DNA of 64,000 bases from a virus. The notes below the pieces were generated by a model. It saw only the letters and a program-made list of their open reading frames with translations. It was not told the DNA's origin and made no database searches. Location: the IMG/VR virus record IMGVR_UViG_3300044730_001822, positions 69,427-133,426 of that record. The stretch is one strand, 5' to 3'. This document shows positions 49,583 through 57,327 of the stretch, one piece after another. The stretch's first letter is position 1. Every line of letters starts with the position of its first letter. Position numbers and translations under genes: made by a program.

Positions 49583-50662
49583 GATCTGATCATCAAACCC
49601 ACAGAACTTTGTAACTTCAAATGCACCTTTTGTTCCAGTACGAATATCACTGACAACAAAAATGCCACGCTGTCTGTTGATCAAATATTCCAATTCCTTG
49701 AACGATTTCCTGACACCAAAACAATCATAGTCAACGGCGGCGATCCACTCATGATGTCGCCTGCATACTATTGGAAGATCATTGACTGGTTGGACTTACA
49801 TGAGTATGATACCAGCGTCAGCTTTACCACTAATCTTTGGCCTTTTTATAAGAATCCAGAGAAGTGGGCGGACTTGTTCAATCACGAACGCATGGGTATA
49901 ACTACCAGTTTTCAATATGGTGGAGGTAGACTTAAGGGAGATCTCACCGAGTTTTCGGAATCCGACTTTTGGAAATGCAGTGACGCCATGCTACGCTATT
50001 GTGGATATAGGCCAGACTTTATCACAGTAATAACTGAAGAAAATGCAGATCGTGCTCTCGACAATGTGAGACTGGCCAAGAAGATGGATGTAGAATGTAA
50101 ACTGAATTATGCTTTCAGTTCAGGACCTCCTGTGAAGTTTCGCAACATCATCATGGGCCAGCAAGGTCGTCCTTTCGTACTGGCAGACATCTATGAAATC
50201 TATCTTGAAATTTGGCGTGAAGGTTTGTATCCCTGGGAACACAGTACCAAGACCATGATGAAACGACTGCGCGGTGAATCCACCATCTGCCCTCAGAATC
50301 GAGACTGTGATGTAGGCATACGCACACTACAACCTTCGGGCGACTACTACAGTTGCGGAGCCTTTGGTGATGACAAAGAATACGCTATAGATTTTGAACA
50401 GGAGATGAACAGTAAAACAATCATCAGGATACTGAACGATAAACCAGAACTGCAAAGCCTCAAGCAGAGCTGTTACAGTTGTCCTATGTTTGATATCTGC
50501 AATGGCTGTCGCAAAACCATAACCGATCTCAAGAGGCATAATCTGGTTGAACGCCACTGTAGTAAAATGAAAACACTAGCAGCTGATATCATTGAAGCTA
50601 ATGGTCTTGCTGGAAAATTAGAACCTACTGAATATGTGAAAGAATATGAATATATCACTTAA
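49580..50662 (+). CDS. radical SAM/SPASM enzyme 3
   Basis: IIKPTELCNFKCTFC; NGGDP; SPASM C-----C...G--YSC...CYSCPMFDICNGC...C. Confidence 0.9.
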   Translation: MDLIIKPTELCNFKCTFCSSTNITDNKNATLSVDQIFQFLERFPDTKTIIVNGGDPLMMSPAYYWKIIDWLDLHEYDTSVSFTTNLWPFYKNPEKWADLFNHERMGITTSFQYGGGRLKGDLTEFSESDFWKCSDAMLRYCGYRPDFITVITEENADRALDNVRLAKKMDVECKLNYAFSSGPPVKFRNIIMGQQGRPFVLADIYEIYLEIWREGLYPWEHSTKTMMKRLRGESTICPQNRDCDVGIRTLQPSGDYYSCGAFGDDKEYAIDFEQEMNSKTIIRILNDKPELQSLKQSCYSCPMFDICNGCRKTITDLKRHNLVERHCSKMKTLAADIIEANGLAGKLEPTEYVKEYEYIT

Positions 50663-51563
50663 CCCTTGGTATTACTGTAACTTCCGTTGTAAGTTTTGTT
50701 ATCTGACAGAAGGACAATTGTCTAGTCAGAAACTTATAAAGTTAGATACATTAGAAGAAAGATTACAGCAAGTGTTAGCACACTATGGCGTAGTTGATCA
50801 GATTGACGTTTATGGCGGCGAAGTGGCACTCTTGCCTCAGCAGTATTTTGATGACATGACTACAGTGCTCAAACGGTATTGTAAAAATCTAAATATGATT
50901 ACCAATCTCAGTGCTGTAAATCAAATTACAGAACATCCAGATTACAGTCTCAGTGTCAGTTACGATTTCAGTGCTAGGGAAAAACATGATTTGGTTTATA
51001 AGAATATGAGTATGCTTAAATCTGACTTTAGTGTGCTGATGTTGGCAAGTTCGCATTTGGTTTCTCTTGATCCCAACTATATGATTAATATGTTTAATCT
51101 TATACCAAGTCTTAGATCCGTAGAGATCAAACCCTACAGCCGTAACCAGGCCAATGATTTGGGAGTCACAGACAAAGATTTTGAAAACTATGTGATACGT
51201 TGGCTAACAGCTGCAGTTCCTAAAAAATTTGAGTTCGTCAATGATTTTTTGATAAAAAATGTATTGCAAGGACAGTCAAACAGCTACAGTGATGATCACA
51301 TATACATCACACCAAATGGTAGATTTGCGGTGTTAGAATTTGATATCAATGATCGAGAGTACTTCTTAGAAATGGATACCATTGAAGAATATCAACAATG
51401 GTGTGAACAAGAAAAACGACGTGTAAATCTCAATGAATACTGCAGAGACTGCGAGTTCAAAGGACGTTGTTTAAGTGAACATCTGCGTGAAGTCAAAGAT
51501 ATCAAAATGAGTTGCAACGGTTATAAACATTTGATACAATGGTATGGTCGTCAATACGCTTAA
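50646..51563 (+). CDS. radical SAM enzyme 4 with partial SPASM domain
   Basis: CNFRCKFC; YGGE; C-terminal CRDCEFKGRCLSEH...C. Confidence 0.85.
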   Translation: MNISLNPWYYCNFRCKFCYLTEGQLSSQKLIKLDTLEERLQQVLAHYGVVDQIDVYGGEVALLPQQYFDDMTTVLKRYCKNLNMITNLSAVNQITEHPDYSLSVSYDFSAREKHDLVYKNMSMLKSDFSVLMLASSHLVSLDPNYMINMFNLIPSLRSVEIKPYSRNQANDLGVTDKDFENYVIRWLTAAVPKKFEFVNDFLIKNVLQGQSNSYSDDHIYITPNGRFAVLEFDINDREYFLEMDTIEEYQQWCEQEKRRVNLNEYCRDCEFKGRCLSEHLREVKDIKMSCNGYKHLIQWYGRQYA

Positions 51564-52236
51564 CCCTGCCGCATATGTTCAGCGGATTAAAATTATCACA
51601 GAGTCTAATCAACAACAGATAACGCCATCCCTGTTAGAACAAGCGGCATTGGAACGATCGCCAAACTATCGTCATCGGGACGGAAGGATCTATGCCAGCA
51701 ATCCAAGCGAACCTTATTTTGCTGTCAGCGTTAGTCCATTGAATCCAGAGTTTGAAAATCAAATAGAATCTGGTATATTGCCCGTGGTTATGGCATTGTT
51801 ACAGCGCAACTATCTTCCCATCAGCAGTTGTGAAGGGCACGGCGACAGTAGAAGTTTTGTTAGGATCGTGTTTGGATCTGATCAATCTGCAGATGAATTT
51901 ATCAACGAGTTTGGTACCATGGAATATGTAACCCTGGAGAAATTACAAACCAGTGCAAACATTGTACAATGGTGGGAAAATGGTCAACCTCATTGGCGGC
52001 CAAAATACAACGACGAAATCACAAATTCCAACTTAGAGACTCAGGAAATTAATCTTTTGTTCAAACGAAACTATGTCCAGGTTTGCTACGTGGATATCAA
52101 TCTTTATGATGTCAACCAAAAATTTTGGGATTTTTTCAAACGACAAAAAATGATAAAAGATATCATGTCTAACAAAAAGCAGCGTTTGGACTGCATCAGA
52201 GATCGGATATTGTCAATGAAAGTCTACGAACTATGA
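51544..52236 (+). CDS. hypothetical protein with SSCEGH motif
   Basis: IE-GI-P-V-AL----Y-PISSCEGH; coupled to neighbouring genes. Confidence 0.65.
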   Translation: MVVNTLNPAAYVQRIKIITESNQQQITPSLLEQAALERSPNYRHRDGRIYASNPSEPYFAVSVSPLNPEFENQIESGILPVVMALLQRNYLPISSCEGHGDSRSFVRIVFGSDQSADEFINEFGTMEYVTLEKLQTSANIVQWWENGQPHWRPKYNDEITNSNLETQEINLLFKRNYVQVCYVDINLYDVNQKFWDFFKRQKMIKDIMSNKKQRLDCIRDRILSMKVYEL

Positions 52237-52634
52237 AAGAGTGGAAAGTACGCCAGGAAGTATATCACAGGCTTACACAAGAACATGGCGACGACTTGAA
52301 TCAGTGCAGTATTGAAATAGTCCACGATGTTGTGGCATCGGCTGTGAGATATTTCCATGAGCATGATATTGGATGGTTGTATCCCAGTAAAAGTTATGTT
52401 GTAGCTATTTTGTATGCCAAGTGGCTGAATGAAGAATTTGGCGAAGACTTTTTGATTGCTCTGGACGATCCAGAACTTTTATACAACAATGATCCTTACT
52501 TTGTACCTTACAGCCAAGATCCTGAAACTTATGTCAAGATCATTGCCGCGTTACCTCAGGACATGACACAAGGTAGGATACCAGATATACGAGATTATTT
52601 TGAAAGAGAGTTTATGATATGCAGCCAGGAATGA
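52233..52634 (+). CDS. hypothetical protein
   Basis: 133 aa with ATGA overlaps on both sides; W-YPSKSY, DPYF-PY motifs. Confidence 0.7.
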   Translation: MKEWKVRQEVYHRLTQEHGDDLNQCSIEIVHDVVASAVRYFHEHDIGWLYPSKSYVVAILYAKWLNEEFGEDFLIALDDPELLYNNDPYFVPYSQDPETYVKIIAALPQDMTQGRIPDIRDYFEREFMICSQE

Positions 52635-53200
52635 ATCTACTGTATCCTACGCCGGTACAATACACGACTATGCAGAATGAAAACATCTGTCAACAGTTGA
52701 TAGATGCGCTAATGATCAATGTTAACCTGGCCGAGCCAACCAAAGAAAAACTAGGTGAGAATCTGTTAGATTTGGATTTGCCTGAGATTGCGCAGTGGGT
52801 GGAGCACGAAGTATATCCGGCCTTTGATCAATATTTGTATGCTACCACCGGGCGGCGTATAAATGATTTTTGTAGATACAAGTTTAAGTCTTGGCTTACT
52901 GGTACCCAAGGTAATTATCATCTGATTCTACATAATCACAGCGGCAGTCATTACAGTGGTGTTTTTTATCTTTTGGCCGAGGAATCAACGCAAGGAGGGC
53001 AGTTAGTATTCAGTGATCCCAGATCTAATGCCAATCGAGGATATGATTTTGGCAGAGAACAATTTGGTTACACTCATATACAGCCCAAGACCGGAGATGT
53101 TTACATTTTCCCCAGTTTCTTGTATCACTTTGTGATGCCTTATGCAGGAACGCTAAGGCTATGTGTGCCGGTGGATCTATATCTTTTTGACGAATCGTAA
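52631..53200 (+). CDS. putative 2OG-Fe(II) oxygenase (TIGR02466-like phage family)
   Basis: L-YPTP...SW......H--HNH-----SGVFY...G-L-F-DPR...P--G---IFPS-L-H-V-P----R. Confidence 0.8.
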   Translation: MNLLYPTPVQYTTMQNENICQQLIDALMINVNLAEPTKEKLGENLLDLDLPEIAQWVEHEVYPAFDQYLYATTGRRINDFCRYKFKSWLTGTQGNYHLILHNHSGSHYSGVFYLLAEESTQGGQLVFSDPRSNANRGYDFGREQFGYTHIQPKTGDVYIFPSFLYHFVMPYAGTLRLCVPVDLYLFDES

Positions 53201-53443
53201 GCAGTATTCTACTGCTTCGCGCTCGGCGAAACTGGCACGGATGCTACACCGATAACCATAGGTGTTGTAATCGGCGCCGATGTGATAACTGGGAGTTTCC
53301 GCAGCATTCTCCATGACCCACTTGCCTGCGTCGGTCTGTTGCCATTCGTACATGGGTTGTGCCGCATAGATATCAGGATCTTCTACATCACCTATTGAGC
53401 ATTCGAATACAGTATAGGTATGAAGGTCAGTTGACAAACTCAT
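53177..53443 (-). CDS. hypothetical phage protein
   Basis: GDVEDPDIYAAQP-YEWQQT--GKWVMEN; overlaps the thyX stop. Confidence 0.65.
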   Translation of the reverse strand: MSLSTDLHTYTVFECSIGDVEDPDIYAAQPMYEWQQTDAGKWVMENAAETPSYHIGADYNTYGYRCSIRASFAEREAVEYCLRFVKKI

Positions 53444-54092
53444 GTGTCAAGGGAAATACTGTTGCGATGACTTCTGCGCAGGCTCGGGCCACCTGCTGAT
53501 GTTCTAACTGTGTGCCATGTCCTGAGCGCAGTTCAATGAAATGTATCCATGAACGCAGTGTTCCATTCATGTAGAGTCTACTTTCGATCAGTCCTTCAGG
53601 TAGTACTGCACGGGCCTGTTCTTTGGCTATGCCATTAGCGATAGCCCACTCGTACTCTCGCTTGGCAGCATAGATAACTCGTTGTTGAGCTCGCTCCCAT
53701 TCGATCTGTAACATTCTATCATCCGTGGCAATGCTGTTTTGACGATTGGTTGTGTCTTGCAATCGTGCCTCTCTACATACGAACGAGAGGTCTCGAGTAG
53801 GGTCAGCATATCGCTGGCTGAACTCCTGGAATGAGAATGATCTATGTCTAAGGATTTGTCTTGCGATATCTCTTGTGGTGGTGATTTCGCAACAGGCTGA
53901 CACCATTTCCAGTGGCGACCAGTGTTGGTGCTTGACCAAGTATCTGATAAGTTTCTCTGATGTGTCGCTGTTGAGTTGATTGGAAGGATTGCTGACACGG
54001 GCGCAATACGCAATGAGTTCCTGCGCATCTGCGATACCCAGATCTCGATATTCACCTGTGGGTTGGCTGTAGGATAGCAAACGAACATTCAT
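53427..54092 (-). CDS. thyX: flavin-dependent thymidylate synthase
   Basis: ARVS, HWSPLE, RQILRHRSFSFQEFSQRY (RHRx7S), E-AR-VLP, LR----TQ-EH. Confidence 0.97.
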   Translation of the reverse strand: MNVRLLSYSQPTGEYRDLGIADAQELIAYCARVSNPSNQLNSDTSEKLIRYLVKHQHWSPLEMVSACCEITTTRDIARQILRHRSFSFQEFSQRYADPTRDLSFVCREARLQDTTNRQNSIATDDRMLQIEWERAQQRVIYAAKREYEWAIANGIAKEQARAVLPEGLIESRLYMNGTLRSWIHFIELRSGHGTQLEHQQVARACAEVIATVFPLTHEFVN

Positions 54093-54421
54093 GCACGACC
54101 TTTGATTGATATCTTATCCAGCAGTTCTTTGCTGTAAGGTTTTACCATCTTGGCCACAGATTCGACATCTACTATAAAGTCAATGCTTTTGATTTCGGCT
54201 GCCATCATTTCCAAGGTATGATTGATTATGACCTGGATCTGTTCTTCCGGCATGCCTTGTTTTCTCAGTTTAGTGATACTGATCTGCCGGCGTCGTCCGT
54301 TTTCTAATTTTATTGTCAGTCTCTTGAGACATTGCACAGGCACGTCGGTCTTGTCAACGGCCTCTACAATTTCTTCCCAATGATCGCAATCTAAATTTAT
54401 ATCAACAGTTTTACCCAGCAT
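54089..54421 (-). CDS. hypothetical protein
   Basis: W-EI---VDKTDVP...IDF-VD-E-VA--V; ATG 54421 preferred over GTG 54448. Confidence 0.6.
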   Translation of the reverse strand: MLGKTVDINLDCDHWEEIVEAVDKTDVPVQCLKRLTIKLENGRRRQISITKLRKQGMPEEQIQVIINHTLEMMAAEIKSIDFIVDVESVAKMVKPYSKELLDKISIKGRA

Positions 54422-55091
54422 TCGCGGCACTCTTGGCAGGACGACCACGGCCTCGTTTTTCAGCCGCAGGTGCTACACCTGCGCCCATAGCAGCCGCTTC
54501 TTTGAGAAGACGATCGCTTTCAGCCAATAGTTGTTTTGCCTCCAGAGCCATTTTAGCAGCTTGGTCACGCAGTCCTTTACTGATACTGCCGTCATCTAAT
54601 GCATCTTGACCCGATGCCTGTAGTGCTTTGGCACGATCCGATCCTGCTGGAACATCGGTGGGACGATATTGTTTTGCAGTGGGCACTTGCAGACCTTGTT
54701 GCTTGTCCAATTCAGCCAAACGCTTGACCGCATCTTCACCTTGCGCCATCTCGGTTAGGATTTTGTTTAGTTCATCCAAGCGAACACTGCTGGTAGGTGT
54801 AGGTGTTACTATAACCTGATTGGTATTGATCTTTTTTAAGAAACCTTCCTGATGTATGGCCTGCAACATTCCTCGGCCATCGGGCATAAGATTACGATGA
54901 AGCGCATCGCTGAAATCTGTGGCCTGCTGTCCTACTTCGCTTTCCAGCAGTTTCATTATGCTGTCATGGAAACTGACAGGCAATACGTCCGGGTAGATAA
55001 CCAAGCACATATGATCTTCGTTGGGTACGGTTTTAAAAACAATGACGACTCGCTTGTCGCCGTGTTTACCGATGTGTTTTAAAAATGCCAT
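54411..55091 (-). CDS. hypothetical protein with C-terminal AT-hook-like KRGRGRPAK
   Basis: GGAG SD; MAFLKHIG...P---V-LDELN; coiled coil; terminal GRP core. Confidence 0.7.
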   Translation of the reverse strand: MAFLKHIGKHGDKRVVIVFKTVPNEDHMCLVIYPDVLPVSFHDSIMKLLESEVGQQATDFSDALHRNLMPDGRGMLQAIHQEGFLKKINTNQVIVTPTPTSSVRLDELNKILTEMAQGEDAVKRLAELDKQQGLQVPTAKQYRPTDVPAGSDRAKALQASGQDALDDGSISKGLRDQAAKMALEAKQLLAESDRLLKEAAAMGAGVAPAAEKRGRGRPAKSAANAG

Positions 55092-55322
55092 TTATTTCTC
55101 CTTTGGCTTTGGGCCAGTAGTTTTTTCTGGGACAGATTGATCTGGCACAGATTGCGGCTGTTGCATCTGTTGGACGCTGTAATCATAGAACGCAGAAACA
55201 CGATTATAAAATTCGCCCACAGCAACCATTTCGGCTGGTTGGAACCCGCCGCGACGGTTTATGACCTCAATGAGGTTTTTCATGAATAGTAAGTCATTGA
55301 CAGAGAACGTAGGATTTTCCAT
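55092..55322 (-). CDS. hypothetical protein
   Basis: DL------I-V---RGGF-P-EM--VG--YN; preceded by TAAATA + 5 nt (55333-55328). Confidence 0.65.
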   Translation of the reverse strand: MENPTFSVNDLLFMKNLIEVINRRGGFQPAEMVAVGEFYNRVSAFYDYSVQQMQQPQSVPDQSVPEKTTGPKPKEK

Positions 55323-55365
55323 ACAGATATTTACTGCAGGGAAATTTTATGCTTAGATTTTTTGG

Positions 55366-55638
55366 TTAAAACAGATCTGGCTCTTGCTGATGCCAAAGGG
55401 AGAATAACAGGGCTTCTTGCGGATCTTCAAAACTCACGCCTTCGCGAGACACTACCTTGGGCGATTGTTCTACCCAGACGTGGAAAGCATAGCGTCCCTG
55501 GGTGTTTTCCACGATCCAGCGTTGGATCCGGGCACTCTTGGATACTGTCTGCGGACAGCGGGTAAAATGACCGGGAGCCCATGACAGCTCCCGGGTGTCA
55601 AACCAATCCTGGGGTTTAATGTTTATCCTGTTTGTCAT
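55366..55638 (-). CDS. hypothetical protein
   Basis: Start reassigned to ATG 55638 (MTNRINIKP...); WI-EN--GRY...FEDP-EA--F-L pattern. Confidence 0.55.
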   Translation of the reverse strand: MTNRINIKPQDWFDTRELSWAPGHFTRCPQTVSKSARIQRWIVENTQGRYAFHVWVEQSPKVVSREGVSFEDPQEALLFSLWHQQEPDLF

Positions 55639-56893
55639 ACTCTGCAGAGAGACCAAAGGGCGCCTGGCATCCTGGATTGCTATGGATGATCCAGACTGTG
55701 TCGCAGTAGTTGGGATCACCCCAGGAACCAAAAGGCAATCCGTCTGTGAACACTACGAGTTTCTTAGGCTCCACAGCCGAATCCTTGAGATAATCAAAGA
55801 TGCAGGTAAAGTCTGTGCCACCACCACCTTTAACATCGTAGTCACAGATGTCATCCAAGTTATCGGAATTGTAGGTAACGGGATTGTAGCAGTGGGTATC
55901 AAAAGTAACCACATGGATTTTATAACTCTCAAAGGATTCCATGATGCCTTGGATCTCGCCCAAGAAGTCTTTGAGCATTTTGTCGCCAATGGATCCCGAC
56001 GCATCAATGAACACAGCAATATCGATAGCGTCTTCGTTGCGCATACCTGGCATCACAGCGTCCATATCCCAACCACGCCGGCTGGGACGCATCCAGGTAA
56101 AGTCGGTCTTGATAGTGCTCTGTAATTGCATACGAAGCAGTTCGCGCCAGTTCATCTTGGGCTCAGTGATGTCCTTGATCATACGAGCAACACCAGCAGG
56201 AATGTTACCAGCGCCAGCCTGATTGGCCGCATTGATCATGGCTTCTTTCATCTCGTCACGGATTTTCTGGCGTTCTTCTTCGCTGAGTCGGGGACGGCCT
56301 TTGTTGCCTTTGCCATCTTTGTCGCCTTCACTGTCACCGTCGCCGTCGTCGCCATCCAAATGCTCGTCGATGAGTTTGTCCAAGAGATCATCCATACTGA
56401 TCTTTTCAGCATTCTCGTACAGATAGTCATAGATCTGCTCAGAAGACCAACCTTCGAACTTGGAGTCGTACAAGGCCGGCACCGTGGTAATCATCTCGCC
56501 CACGCGGTGTTTCTTCAAGTCAGCATTGACAGCATAATCATTGGCGATGTTGAACAGTTGGGCATCACGTTCGCCACGGCGGCCAAAGTGATCATAACAG
56601 CAATGGAGCACTTCGTGCCCAAACAAGAACTCCACTTCCTTGGGCTTGAGCATATCGATGAAACGGCTGTTGTAGTAAAAATTCCTGCCGTCAGTAGCGG
56701 CAGTGCTACACCATTCGTCGGCATTGGTCAGTTTGAGACGAGTAGCCAGGTTGCCAAAGAAAGGTTGCTTGATCAACAGGCCCACGCGGCCGGTAATGAG
56801 TTTTTCACGGATCTTGACATCCAAGGCCCTATCTGTAGGACCCAAGAGATTAGCGAACTTTTGTTTTTTATTTTCTGTAGTTGCTGTGGACAT
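55616..56893 (-). CDS. DUF2201-type metallopeptidase + VWA domain protein (MoxR partner)
   Basis: PFFG-L...TAATDG...HEVLH (HExxH)...N-A-D--VN; MIDAS IDASGS; GGGGTDF; FTDG. AGGAG SD. Confidence 0.88.
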   Translation of the reverse strand: MSTATTENKKQKFANLLGPTDRALDVKIREKLITGRVGLLIKQPFFGNLATRLKLTNADEWCSTAATDGRNFYYNSRFIDMLKPKEVEFLFGHEVLHCCYDHFGRRGERDAQLFNIANDYAVNADLKKHRVGEMITTVPALYDSKFEGWSSEQIYDYLYENAEKISMDDLLDKLIDEHLDGDDGDGDSEGDKDGKGNKGRPRLSEEERQKIRDEMKEAMINAANQAGAGNIPAGVARMIKDITEPKMNWRELLRMQLQSTIKTDFTWMRPSRRGWDMDAVMPGMRNEDAIDIAVFIDASGSIGDKMLKDFLGEIQGIMESFESYKIHVVTFDTHCYNPVTYNSDNLDDICDYDVKGGGGTDFTCIFDYLKDSAVEPKKLVVFTDGLPFGSWGDPNYCDTVWIIHSNPGCQAPFGLSAEYDKQDKH

Positions 56894-56916
56894 ATAGACT
56901 CCTAAGTATTTCTATT

Positions 56917-56945
56917 ATTATATTAGAATTTGATTTTTGGGTCAA
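56917..56945 (-). promoter_or_regulatory. sigma70-type early promoter TTGACC-17-TATAAT
   Basis: TTGACCcaaaaatcaaattctaaTATAAT upstream of the VWA gene. Confidence 0.75.
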
Positions 56946-57261
56946 CCTGGGTCTGCTCTGCATATTTAAGCAAGAATACACTGATCTCTTTGGGCGACTT
57001 AAGATATATGTGATGCCCTGATAGATTATGAGTACGCCAGCACCATACCGGCTTGTCATCGTTGCCATACACCGCGAATAATTCATCAAGATCGGCACTC
57101 CAGCCAAAGGCCTGCCAAAGGTAAGCCCTGGCTTCGGCAAAGCATTTCATACTTGCTCTGCCTTCTATGGGATTGCGCTGATGCAGTCGCTCAGCACGGT
57201 AACCGTAGATATGGTTACCCGAATGCCTGCGGTCTAAAGGTTGTAGTTTGAAAACGATCAT
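56923..57261 (-). CDS. hypothetical protein
   Basis: 112 aa; LD-RH-G...R--W--FGWS...W-W...IYL pattern; lies between the AAA and VWA genes. Confidence 0.6.
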   Translation of the reverse strand: MIVFKLQPLDRRHSGNHIYGYRAERLHQRNPIEGRASMKCFAEARAYLWQAFGWSADLDELFAVYGNDDKPVWCWRTHNLSGHHIYLKSPKEISVFLLKYAEQTQVDPKIKF

Positions 57262-57272
57262 AGTAGGAAGGT

Positions 57273-57319
57273 GGGAGCGGGTTTCGTAACAGCCTGTGTC
57301 CGAGCAGGCACCCGCTCCC
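57273..57319. other. strong GC-rich hairpin downstream of the AAA gene
   Basis: GGGAGCGGGT / ACCCGCTCCC 10-bp stem with inner GCCTG/CAGGC; no U-tract on the minus strand. Confidence 0.5.
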
Positions 57320-57327
57320 TGAGCCTT

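Noticed and set aside
40546-51563. rSAM genes as NrdG, QueE or MoaA (nucleotide or 7-deazaguanine pathways)
   Set aside because: They carry SPASM-type extensions, and none of the partner genes (nrdD, queC/D, folE, dpdA, moaC) is in the window.
57273-57319. Rho-independent terminator for the AAA gene
   Set aside because: No U-tract follows the stem on the minus strand; listed only as a hairpin.
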